This document shows positions 13,701-25,285 of a stretch of 64,000 nt of DNA, in pieces. This stretch comes from Guillardia theta CCMP2712. Its lineage: Eukaryota; Protista; Cryptophyta. The stretch spans positions 762,833 through 826,832 of the forward strand of contig NW_005434652.1 in the NCBI RefSeq assembly GCF_000315625.1. The letters are read 5' to 3'. The translations under genes and the position numbers were made by a program. The notes beneath the pieces are model-generated. The model was not told the DNA's origin, made no database searches, and was given only the letters and a program-made list of their open reading frames with translations. The number at the start of each line of letters is the position of its first letter. Position 1 is the first letter of the stretch.

Positions 13701-16700
13701 GCAGAGGATACATGAATGGAGGCAACGAGGAGCATCAAACAGTTGGGGGAGGATGAGGAGGATGAAGGAGCACATCCACCTGCATGTTCGCACGCCATCG
13801 AACACAGCCTGTTCGCCTAAGATCCTCCTGCAAGTCTCGTCCGACCCAGGCACGCATCTTCCTTCCTCCTCCACCAGGCCTAGTCCGCACACGCAGTTCC
13901 TCTCCCCGTCGAACATGCCGCCCTCTCCCAGCCGCCTCCTGCTGCCACATCAGAGAGAGGCTTTCTCCGCCCCTTCCATGCTTGCTCTCATTCAACCCAC
14001 AGATTTCACTTCCTCCTCTTCCCATTGCCATTCCCATCTCTATCTCTCCTCCTCTACCCTCCATCTTCACTCTCCTTCCCCCCTCTGTCGTACGCACATG
14101 CAAATCTCATCGTCTCCTTTGATACATTCCATATTTCCCGCCGATCCCTGGGCAAGAAATCCTCTCCTGCATCTGCATGCATCTTGCCCATCGAACTCTA
14201 CTTCTCCTGACATGATTGTCTGACAGACAAGATCGTTGGATCGAACGCATTTGCCCTGGGAACAAGTTCAACCAGAATCATTGATTGAACATCAAACACA
14301 ACGAGAGCATCACAACCACCATAATCGCAACTACCATCATCAAGAACAACTTCGTCAAAATCATGCTGATCATCAGCAACTTCTTCCAGATACTTGGGTG
14401 ATCACCTTGAGATACATCCTTCCAACTCCACAGGAGCAAGCGACCCCCCCGTCAAAGCTGACATCGTCACCGTAATTCTCTCTACAAACATTGTCTGAAG
14501 CTTCGAGACAGGTTCCTCCGATGTCGGTGAAGCCTCGCTTACATCTGACAACATGTCAATTCTGCCCTCCTTGACAGGCTTTTGTTTCACTTGCAACTTT
14601 GCGACTGATGGTCGAAACGAGAGTTTGGTCCCATCAGGCTTCCGCACAGAGAGTCAGTTCCAGGAGAGCATCTTGTTCAATTCAAAATCTCTCAGCACAA
14701 GTCGGAGAAGATACATGAATCAATACTTCTCGGCAGCGTCAAGAATGTAGCCTCGCGCACATTTGCAGTTGTTGTTGCCGTCAAACTTGGTATTTTTGCC
14801 ATGAAGTAGCTGACAAACAGCATCGTTTGTCGCAGAACACCTGGACAATGTCATCTTCAACTTCTCCACCAAGGCGACATCTTCGGATGTCTTACTTGTC
14901 GTTGATCAGCGAGAATCCACTCTTGCACTCACAAGTTCCAGTGAAACGGTTGTACTCGGCCTGATCTCCGTACTCCTGATGTGTTGAGAAGGTGACTAGA
15001 CGTGATTCAAGATTTCTCCATCTTACTGAGACGCAGATAGAATTATTGCCGACCACGCACATCGTTCCTTCCTCCCCCCTCACTGCAAGGCTTCCTCGCT
15101 TGCAGATACAAGCCTGTGACCTTGTGGTGACGATCGACCTCTCGCCTGCTAACTCTCACCTGGTTTCCATCGTACTCTGCAAGCCCGTGCATGCTTTCAC
15201 ACAGCTCATTCTTCCCGGGCTCACAAACGCCTTCTGCGTTCATCATGTATCCATGGTTGCTGCTCTATCAATCAGCTCCTTGCCCTGCCATCTCACCCCC
15301 CTCCCCCCCCCTCCCCTCCTCCTCCTCCTCACCACACGCAATTCTGTCCGTCAAATCTTGAGTGCACACCGAGACCCAGTGAAGCGCATGCTGAGCTTGA
15401 GCCCATGACGCACGAGTTGTCGATGAGGACGAAACCCCTCTGGGAACGAGAGGGTGAAATGTCACAATGCATTCAAGAAGAATGCGGCAAGTGAAATTCA
15501 AGATGAGGACGAGACAAAGTTTTGACATTAGACCAGCCATGACCACAGGAGACAAGGTTCAACAATCGTCGTTGGTCGTCGTCATCGTCATCGTCATGTT
15601 CATCATCGTCGTCATCGTCATCATGTTCATCGTCATCATCATTGGAAGAACAATCACTCAGGGAGAATCAATTCCTACAAACATTGAACGTCCTTATCAT
15701 CCTCTATCTTCTCTCACCATGCAGCGACAGTGATTGTTTCCGTCGAACTCCACATTTTCACCGAACGCCTTGGAGCACAACTTGTCTGATCCTCCCACGC
15801 ACTTCTTTCCCCCTGTGACATCTGACGTGTACCCTGCTTGACACTTGCATCCTCCCTGCTCATCTTGTCAGACCTGCAGACAACAAAAATACCATCTTTC
15901 CTTTCCATCCGCTTCATAGCGCTTGCCGAAAACTTTCAGACATTCCCCGTTGCTATCTATCATCCCATCGAGAATTTTCCTCGCTTGAAGCTCGTGCTCC
16001 TTTGAGGAAACGTGCTCCAACACCCCCTCTCCTTTCCCCTCGTTCTCCTGCTTCCCTCTCCTCTCCTCCATGACATCTGCAAGGTTTCGGACACACATGC
16101 TTCCATTCAGAAAGTGACCGTCCTCGCAGTCGCACATCCCCTGGAAGTCATGCGGCGATCTCTGCCGCCACCTTCCCATTTCCCCATAGCGCTGAGGTAC
16201 AGTCAGAACCCTCCAGCAGGTCACTCGACCCCAGCTCACCATCCTGCAGACGGCGTGCTGAAGCATGAAGATGGACCTGAACCGCTCGCTGTACTTCTCA
16301 CTCTGCTTCCCTGCTTGCGATGTGTCACCCCGACGATCAGGCAGCTCGAGAGCGAACAGACCAGGAGAGATGAGCGACGAAACAGGCTGGCAGACTTGTC
16401 TCTCATCCATGGTGTAGTTCTGCGATAAGGTCAACCATGACTTTCTCCATTCGGTGTGCTGTTCCTGCATGCAACGACACCCTCCCCTTTCGTTCGGAAC
16501 TGCCGCAGGTCCAGCTGCAGCAACCAACACCGTGAGAATTTGGGCCCCGGAGCCGGGCTGTTGAGAATGGAGCCTTGTCAAGGCATTCTTACAGAGGTTC
16601 TTGCAGACTTCATTCAGTGCTTTGCGCACGTACACCTTCTCCACGATCATCTCCGCGCATTGCTGTGTGCAACCGAGTCAAGATCAGTTTCCTCAGCACA

Positions 16701-18518
16701 TGCAAGTCACCTTGGCAGTGTAACAGCCCAGCGACTCGAGCTGTCGGGAGGTCTCAGCCTCTTAATCATGCACCATCTCCCTCACCTGCTGCTCCGTTGC
16801 CTTCTGATCCAACGGCATGCCATAGCGTTCGAGCATCCTCTCCAACAACTGAGTTCGCAGAGTTATCCCCGAGGAGATACCCGACATCCTCCACCTTCTC
16901 ATACGAATGAGCGCCGGCAAAATCTCTCCAGAGAGCAGCAACATGCGCTGATAGATGTCTGCAGGAAGAATGAGTCTACTGGAGTGACAGGGGTGTAGAC
17001 GGACAAGACGTCTTGTTTTCCGAAGGTCACTCTATCATACACCAACACATCTTGCGGAGAAGTATCGTGCTGAAGAATCTCTTCCAAGGTGGGAATCTTT
17101 CCAAACCAAGGCGGAGGCACGTATGATCTCTGAGCAACACTTTTCCTGCTGATTGGATGCAATCAAAAGACCAGCCATAGTCTGGAAACACAATCAGGAA
17201 CCTGTCCGTCCTGTTCCCCCCATGTATGCCAATGCGAGATGTTCTCCTTGCAGACTCAAGACAAACATCTGCACTCCTTCCTGACAAAGCATTCTCTTCG
17301 CTCGCAATGCAGCGAAACCCAGTCTCTACTTGGCACTCTGAAGAGCATCCATCGCCATCGTTCGTGTTACCTACCATCGCAATCAGAACTCTAGCATACT
17401 TGTCTCATGAATCTACCGTCATCACACTCTTCGTTTTGTGCTCTCCTACCATCGCCGCATGCTTTATCCATCACCTTCGAGCATGTCTGCACGGATCTCC
17501 TCTTCGGATTTGTGCTCTCACATACGTAACCAGGTTCGACCTGACAGCTGGCGGAACAACCATCCCCGTTCTTGAGATTTCCATCTTCGCAGCCTTCGAC
17601 GTCTGCGTGTCGAGCATCCCCACAGATTGCCAGACAATCTTCTCTCGACGCGCTTCCGATGCTGATCGTTCCGTTCCCACCAGGACAAGAAAGGCAAGTC
17701 TCCGAGCCGGAGGAGGGCTGGTAGGTGCCTCTTGAGCAGAGGGAGCAAGGTTCTACCCCCTCGCGCCCGTAGGATCCTGGCTTGCAGTTTGCAACACAGT
17801 CTGCAGGAGATGTCGATCCTCTGCCGACGGTGCTCAGACCAGACGGACATTTGTCGCACTTGGTCGAACCTTTCTGTGACTGATATTTGCCTCTTTCGCA
17901 GGGCCAACAAGGCTCTTTGCCGCTAATTTCATTTTCATCCGGAATGAGACTGGAAGTGCCAGCTGGACATTCTGATCTTTTGGCCCCACATACCGAGGAC
18001 TTTGAACCATAACAAACATTCTCAATAAGCGGCAAACCAGCCTTGACAGTCTTGACAAACAATCTTTCCCATTCCTCTGTAAAATCTTCGCACATGGATT
18101 GCAGTTTGGATCCTGAATCCACATCGATACCTTCCAGATCATGATCAGCTGGCCGGATGCCATTGTGCCGAATCAGAAGGAGCCGCACATAGTCGCCAAT
18201 GACACTGCTGCGATAGTTCCGAAACGAATGGCATGCGGCTTGCAAGGCGTCAGTTATCCTCATCTCTGAGTCCACATACCGTATTGCTCTTCCGCCCTGT
18301 GATTTACCTTTGTCAGCAGCAGGTCTCCTTGCCAATTCAATCACTTCTGTCGAGTTCACTGACTTTTCTAGTTCCCGTTCCAATTCTTGAACAAGCGTGA
18401 CACAAATAGCACATTTGAATGTTTGGGGTCCGCGCTTGTTAGGCTTCGAACTAGAAGCTGTAAGAATGATGGAACTGATAATTGCAAGAATAAGGTATGA
18501 AGATGAAAATCTAGCCAT
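10771..18518 (-). CDS. Large secretory mosaic protein: signal peptide, Canopy/saposin-like domain, GCC2/GCC3 repeats, DUF4215 Cys repeats, ~15 novel 4-Cys repeats, EF-hand pair, coiled coil, Thr/Ser tract
   Basis: MARFSSSYLILAIISSIILTA signal; CAICVTLVQELE...YVDSEMRITDALQAAC...LQSMCEDFTEEWE; CERGKYQSQKGSTKCDKCPSGLST; CGDGRRAQNEECDDGNTNDGDGCSSECQVETGFRC; a GT-AG splice near 17150-17200 links to downstream exons; EF loops DSDKNALLDDQE and DLDHDNYIDFSE; last exon GYRENEQGECSKVEG* ends at 10771. Not every junction was resolved. Confidence 0.68.
11082..11165. repeat. (GGT)n/(GCT)n trinucleotide microsatellite encoding poly-Thr/Ser on the minus strand
   Basis: ggtggtggt...gctgctgct...ggtggt directly visible. 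Confidence 0.85.
15575..15641. repeat. (GTCATC)/(CAT)-type microsatellite in an intron
   Basis: gtcgtcgtcatcgtcatcgtcatgttcatcatcgtcgtcatcgtcatcatgttcatcgtcatcatc. Confidence 0.8.
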
Positions 18519-19303
18519 TTCAACTTCACTGAACGAATGTATCACGGGATCATTCCAGCCGAACTCTCCTCATTCACTAGCCCCGAGGATGCACATGGTT
18601 CAAGGATGAGACACGGAGTTAGGGAGTTCTGATTCTAGCAGTAAGTTTTCATATCTAGAAGTGATGTACTTCCATGTTCGCTCCTCCTCCTTCTCTCCTC
18701 TTCACTCGCCGCAGCGAACCGCTCGTGCTCTGCAGCATGGCAGTGGCCTCAACATTATAAGAAACTATAATTATTTCAACCATTATATATATTTATGTAT
18801 AATAGCCCCCGGGGCCCGGCGAGTTTTGCTCATTGGGTTTATTAGAGTTGGAGTTGAGTTTGAGTCAGCGTGAGTTGACCCTTCATGGCTGCCGGGCGCT
18901 TGATGATGAGGCTGGAGCAGTGGAGGAGAGGGAGAAGAAAAAGTGAGGGTGGAGGATAGGGGCAAGGATTTAGAAGATCAATTCTCAACTGAATTACGAG
19001 AGAGGATTGAGGAGCAGATCGCATGCGCCATGGGATCCACATTTCGATGTGAGCATACGGAGGGTGGAAGCCGAGGATAGAGTGAGAGTTGGTTGCCAGC
19101 TGAGAAGAGAATGCCCTAGCGAAAATACAACCTTGGTCCTTTTGACAATGCACATGAAAAAAAGTGCAGCAAGACTATGTTATCAATCACCAAAACAAGC
19201 AACGATAGATGTACAGTCAACACAATCGTTTTCATGGTTGTTGATTGTCGAGAGTACATCATGTAGGGCTCTTATTGTCTTTCTGATTTTTTTTGTTGGT
19301 AGA

Positions 19304-19735
19304 ATGTTGAGCTTCTTGCCGATTTATTCTCTTGGGTTGAGCACCTTTGCCGGGTACAACACGGTAAGTGCAGTACCATCGTACAGAAATATTTCTCATG
19401 TTTCCCCTCATTTTTTTGGAACAGAAGGAGAACTCTCCCATGACCCCTGGCATGGGATTGAACCGGGACAAAAACGGATATTACTATCCTGAATTTCAGC
19501 GTGTCAAACAGGGTGATTGGCGCTTTCAGAATTATGACATGGACACCAGCTATTTGGTTGTCCACAAGTCTCAATGTAGACCGGTCTGCTGACATACTCG
19601 ACTCAGATCCCTGAGGTGAATGCCTATGAGTCTGATGGCGCATTCTCGGGCCCTGGTGCTAACCTGGACATTGCTATGATTGGTGACATACATCCTTAGT
19701 TGTCTGTCTTCGAATGACCTTTGGACGCAGCATAA
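19304..19735 (+). CDS. Small orphan protein (~90 aa), four coding exons
   Basis: Three canonical GT-AG introns join an open frame: MLSFLPIYSLGLSTFAGYNT-KENSPMTPGMGLNRDKNGYYYPEFQRVKQGDWRFQNYDMDTSYL-IPEVNAYESDGAFSGPGANLDIAMI-A*. A probable 5'UTR intron ends just before the ATG. Confidence 0.6.
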
Positions 19736-20079
19736 TCTACTTGAAGGCCGTGTACAAGGATCTGAAGAATTTTAATTTTTAGTATGTTGAAGTATCTTCC
19801 TGGGCAGGTTTCATCTGTGAGTAGATCAAAATGAAATTGTCACTTGATTCGGTGCAAGTTTCGCAATTCAGACTGTTATCGGATTGAGAACGATTGAATG
19901 CAGCATTTCATACTTCAAACTATCAGGTCTGGAAGCACAAGTCAGTTCTCATAGCGTTCCTGCAATTTCAAATCAAACAAATGCGCTCGTGAAAATGTGT
20001 ACAAAGAGCGTTGGATTGCAATTCAGAACTTTCTACAAGAAACACATCGCCCTTCATTGAAAATACAGATTTAAACAGC

Positions 20080-21199
20080 TTAGGCACTCTTGAAGGTACC
20101 GCAATCAATAACGTAGCGAACGAGGGAATCGTTCTTGCCCTCAAGTTTCATCAAAGCGTCCTTGATCTCAGAGGCACCGATGACCTTAACATCAGGGAAG
20201 ATGTTCTTGGAGCAGCAGAAATCAATCATTTCCTGGGTGCGCTTCATGCCACCGATCAAGGATCCAGTGACACTCTGACGTCCAAAGAGAAGGGCAGATC
20301 CAGCAACAGAGAGAGGCTTGGCAGTGAGGCCAATCATGACGTGAGTTCCCTTTGTGGCAAGGAGGCTGATGTAAGGCATGACCTCGTGATCAGCGCTAAC
20401 GGTGTCCAAGATGATGTCCAAAGACTTAGCCGCCTTGGCCATGGCATCCGCATCAGTGCTCAACAAGAAGTTGGTAGCACCCATAGACTTAGCTCCAGCC
20501 TCCTTGTTAGGGGAGGTGCTGATAGCGGTCACCTCGGCTCCCATAGCCTTGGCGATCTTGATGCCCATCATGCCAAGTCCTCCTAGGCCAACAATTCCGA
20601 CCCTGGTGCCGGCTTTCACGCCGTGCTCGACGATAGGATCGTACATGGTGATACCAGCGCAGAGCAGGGGAGCAGCCTTATCAAGCTGGACATCCTTGGG
20701 CACCTTCACAGCAAAGTGCTGGAAACACAGTGTGAGATAGGAAGGAAACAAACAAAAATGCACATACCTCGTTGACAACCATCTTGTCACTGTAACCTCC
20801 AGCAGTTGGCTTGCCTGCAGGTCCGCAACGGCCGTACTTAGAAACGCCACCGTACGTGAAGGTTGATCCAGTGTTGCAATACTGCTCCTCATGCTGCTTG
20901 CAGAACTTGCAATCCATGCAGGAATCCACCATGCATCCGACACCGATGTTGTCCCCCACTTGGAACTTGGTAACCTTAGATCCTACGGCAGTCACAGTGC
21001 CGATCAGCTCGTGTCCAGGCACCATCGGGTACTGAGAGAAGCCCAGGTCGTTCTTGATGAAGTGAACGTCGGTATGGCAAATACCGCAGTACTTGATGTC
21101 GAAGCTAACGTCCATGTCACCAGGAGCATAGCGATCAAACTTATGGGGCGCGAGGGAGCCGAGATCGGCAGACATAGCGGCATAACCGTTGACGGACAT
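20080..21199 (-). CDS. Zn-dependent alcohol dehydrogenase, cinnamyl-alcohol dehydrogenase (CAD/YahK) family
   Basis: YCGICHTD, PMVPGHE, GVGCMVDSCMDCKFC..EEQYC, AAPLLCAGITMY, GLGGLG, RYVID. Single 49-nt intron 20719-20767. Confidence 0.95.
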
Positions 21200-21240
21200 G
21201 GCAACAGAGGAGGGATGGGCGAGGCGTAGGCAGCCGGGTG

Positions 21241-21248
21241 TATATAAA
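21241..21248 (-). promoter_or_regulatory. Possible TATA box of the ADH gene
   Basis: TATATA ~42 nt upstream of ATG 21199 in an otherwise GC-rich context. Confidence 0.3.
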
Positions 21249-22617
21249 GACCTAGGGGGGAGCACCCCTCCACCCCTGAGGGGTAAATGCTGGACCGGTT
21301 GTCTGTGATTATAGTCACCGTACCGGTCAAAGAAGGAAACAGGGATAGAGACAGTGAGGGTAGTCGAATTGCAGGATACTCTCTTGGTTGCGTGTACTCC
21401 AAGGTCACCAGTGCCCATGAGATCAGATCTCCACGAAGGTCTAGAACGAGCGCCACCACGGTAGGGTGGGTGGTTTTGTGTAGGACCCTAGGGGTGATCC
21501 CGACACACTCAAAGGCTTTGTTGGAATGTGGAGGGGTGGTAGTCGTTGAAAGAGCAAAAAATATATGGGTGGTTTAGGGTCATGGGAAGGTGGAGCAAGG
21601 GGTTGGTTCATGGGGGATCAGATCTTCTATGTCCCTTTCCTTGTGAAAATAATGAGAGGTGAGGGCGGGAAGTATGGAGGGTCTTAAAACGGGTTGAACT
21701 CCCCCGTGGTGGGTGCTCGAATCTGTTTGTGTGAGTGGGTGGGGTAGTTTATCAAGCTTTCAGGACCCTGAATAAAAATACACTAATAGCGTGACGTGTG
21801 CCTGAAGTTCACTCACAAGATAGGGGGTGGGGTCAAAGTTCCACGGACATTCACAGACCATCCGACTTCTGTGCCAGCCTGGCCAGGTGTCACAGGGAGA
21901 GGGTGGGGTGGTAGCCCTGCGCAACCAAGGATGCTTCCACCAGGGCACTGGCATTCTAGTCACGTGATCAAACAGCCGCGTGACACACACCCGGCGAGGG
22001 ACGTGACACTGTTTGGCAAAGTTCTGCCCTTCCGGGCCCGCCGGGGGATACCGGACCTCGCTCGGAGCAAACTGCAAGCAGCACTGCAGCACAGCGGAAG
22101 ATCCGAGGCCGGGCACCGTAATGCATATGCTCACGAGTCAGCATGTCCCGTCAGACCCGGGCCTTTCTTCCCATCATCCGGCGCCAGCACTGATGGCCTC
22201 TTACAGGATGATGCGTTGCGCTTTCTGTGGTGGCGTTGGCGGATCGCTCGGCGAACAAGGAAACGGCAGCGCTGGATGATGGTCTCACGGCCTCGCAAGA
22301 CGTCTCACAGTGAGGTGATCCGACTTGCCAAGTTGTAAACGCATCCGGTCCAGGATCTTTCCGAAGTTCGCCGTGTCAGCTCCGAAGCCTCCCTGTCCTT
22401 CCGAGCGGTGCTATCATCGCAGGTGCGTTGAACGGTTCCCGGAGTCCGGTACTGACTCTGTGATGATGCGTCACCCGAGTCTCATTCCTTCGGTCCTGCG
22501 CGCAGTTAAGTGAAGGTATCACGGTTAATCGCTGTCTTTTCTCTTCTCGCCGTTTGGCCTGTCGCACGACACTGACAGTGTCAGGGTGCAAGCCTGCGGC
22601 CCCCTCTGGAATTGGTG

Positions 22618-24712
22618 CATTCCATGGCATTTACTAATGCCCAATTATAAATTAATATCCTTTTAACAAACACTTGTACCTGTTAATTTGATCATAAGCA
22701 TACAGTTTTTAGTCAATTTTGTACCAGAATGATTTGTACCACTCAGTACTCTTTTATATTTGTTTTAAGCATTTGAGTTCCGGCTTACACGCCTCTTGGC
22801 TGCTCTCTACCCTGTGTACCGGTATGTTTGTCTGATATGGAGGGGGTAGGGCTATTCGTATATTTCGATACACGCTCATGAAATCTTATTAGTGTCAGCC
22901 ATTGACGAGTGTAGTAAATCTAGCCAATAAGTATTTTTGTTTTCAAATCAAGGAGTCGTATGCCAGCTAGCAACGGCAATCTTTTTTTTCTACACCGGTT
23001 GTTTTATATAGATACCTACCCCATGTCTATAGGGTGCCACCGAAACACAGGTCCCCTTGCCCCCGATCAAAGAGCAAATAAAAATTCATTAAAAATCCTG
23101 AGATCTCCATTGCAAGTATCCCTCCCCTCCTCCTTCCTGCTCTTCTCCCTCCCTCCCTCCCCCCTGCTCCCCTCCCTTCCTCCCTGCTCCCTCCCTCCCC
23201 CCTGCTCCCCTCCCTCCCCGTTGCTTCCGTTTCCCTTGCGCTCCAGTTATAGACACCAAACAAATGAATCTTCACCGTCGTGTATCAGCAACAAATGGAA
23301 TTCAGAGAAGGCGAAGGCAGGAAGATTGCGATACATTCTTGGAGCAGGAAGAGACTTGTGATGAGTCAAAGACACCTGAAGATTTGAAGCTTCGAATGAT
23401 CCTGCATACGTCAGTTGATGATCGAGACTTGCGCAGGATGTACTGGAAAAAGCCAGGCAGTAATTTGAATATTATGCTTGAGCCTGGCACAGGGGTTCAA
23501 TATCAGTGTGAAGATCACAGGGGCGTTGAAGTGAATCGACTGGGGATGATCAAATCGCTGCACTCAGATGCACAGGTTGTCGAAGTGTACATCATGTACA
23601 ATGGAGTCCTCTTGGAACATGTAGACGAAACCATTATAACTAATCGAGTGCCCTGTGTGGCCCTGAAAAGAATTTTGAACAAAGTTGGAAACCGTGATTG
23701 TTATCAATCAATTTACAAGGATACGGATGAAATAAATGTCTCCATGCTTCTCTTCCCCACAACTGATAAAAACATTACATTCGCAGGAATGATATTCAAT
23801 GGAGACTCTACCTTATGTCTTAGCTCGCTGGTTCCGATACTGAGAAGTCCTGAGGGAAGTTCATTCACATCCGGCATTCATGGCGTTGAATAGTTCATCG
23901 ATCTTACACTTGCGATCTATTTGCAATCAAGTTGCCTACACGACTGACATGCCTTATGCTTATGTGCTTGGTTGACACAGAGAGGAGGAAGTATGGGTCT
24001 TGTAGAATGCCAATCAAAACAACAATCAATTGCCTAATCAGAGAGATCCTTTACGAGAAACAATCTTGACACCAAACAACTCTACAGTCAGAGATGTGCT
24101 CGAAGCTCAATCATACGAAAGAGGGTTGTGGATGCTTGATCACCAAAAACGAGCAATTCTCCATCTTGCAATGAGCATCAAATGGATTCGAAAACAGCCC
24201 TAGGCTCTGGAATCCATGGCGATGCTGATTCCTACAGCTTCCTTTGAAAAACAAGCTCGAGCTGTTTGAAACGTCGTCTTGCAGTATGCCGCAAAAAGTA
24301 CAAACATTCACACATGATCCAACCTTGGATGGCCTGGAGCTTGAATACGATGAAAGAGCCATTGGCTGAGAGCCATCTGGGATTCAAACAAACGCCGCCT
24401 GCGCCGGCGGGTGCGGATGCAGCAATGGGGGAAGGGGGAGGGCAGGCAATTTGGTTGTATATGCACCCCCCAGGCGTGTAAAAGCGTGTAAGGTCAAAAA
24501 TAGTTTTAATGTTTGAAACCTTGTTGTTTGGAGGAAGCAAGAATACTTGTAAACCTAAAACTGCTCGACACGGTCCCCGATTCAAACATACTTTCAACCA
24601 TTATCGAAGTTTCTGGTACAAATTTTCAGTGCGCCGACCATTCAAAAATCCTGGGCTGAAGTACCCCGCTCGAAAATGATCAAAAGCGAGCATTAGAAAA
24701 TGCCATGGAATG
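22618..24712. mobile_element. Non-autonomous DNA transposon with 23-bp terminal inverted repeats
   Basis: Left CATTCCATGGCATTTACTAATGC (22618-22640) and right GCATTAGAAAATGCCATGGAATG (24690-24712) are 22/23 inverted. Internal inverted 12-mer TTTGTACCAGAA (22718-22729) / TTCTGGTACAAA (24611-24622). Interior is more AT-rich than the GC-rich flanks. Confidence 0.8.
23264..24480 (+). pseudogene. Cargo ORF of the TIR element: 209-aa open 5' part (23264-23893) with a BAH-like segment, then a decayed continuation
   Basis: Intronless ORF, then frame-broken coding-like stretches (LMCLVDTERRKYGSCRMPIK; RDVLEAQSYERGLWMLDHQKRAILHLAMSIKWIRKQP*). Confidence 0.45.
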
Positions 24713-25285
24713 ACTCAGTGACCCGGTCAACCACGGTTGCGTTGATCCATCCGACTCACCGTGGCACCCGGTCGCACTGTGTCCGATCGGGCCCCTGGGC
24801 CCGGCCGGCGGCCGCGGCCGGGCCGGGCCTCGACTGCCGCACTGAGTGCTGTCTCCCGCCGCCGGGCTCACCGAGTCGGACGCGAGGGCCCGGCCGGCCC
24901 GGGGCGGCCCGCCGCCGGGCGGCCCGGCCGAGAGACCGTATCGGAGCCCGGCCCGCCCGGCAACTTTTGGTGACCGGGGTGTAGTAGCTCGGCCCTGATT
25001 GCTGCCCTGCAGGCACGTGGATCTCTCGTACGTCTCCTCTTGCTTTCATGCTTTCATGCATCCGTCCCTGCCGCCGTTCCGCTCCGCCGCTTCCTCCTCA
25101 TCCGCCCATCCATCCGCACGCTCATGCACTTCTACTCCCGCCCGTCTCCTTCTTGTCTGTTTTGTCTGCTCGATCCCGCTCGCGCGATGTTATGAACTTC
25201 GCTGCTGCGCATCAGGTTTCTGATGCTGAACGTTTTTTTCAGGTGGATGCGACACGATTCCAGGGAGGTTCACCGATAGTTCATC

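Noticed and set aside
20011-21229. Long plus-strand ORFs antisense to the ADH gene
   Set aside because: Shadow ORFs produced by strong codon bias; no independent protein features.
21760-22617. Possible Copia reverse transcriptase remnant (minus-strand LVAQGYHPTLS, ETSCEAVRPSS)
   Set aside because: Short matches in different frames, no YVDD motif and no LTRs; better explained as part of the GC-rich island, although a decayed TE cannot be excluded.
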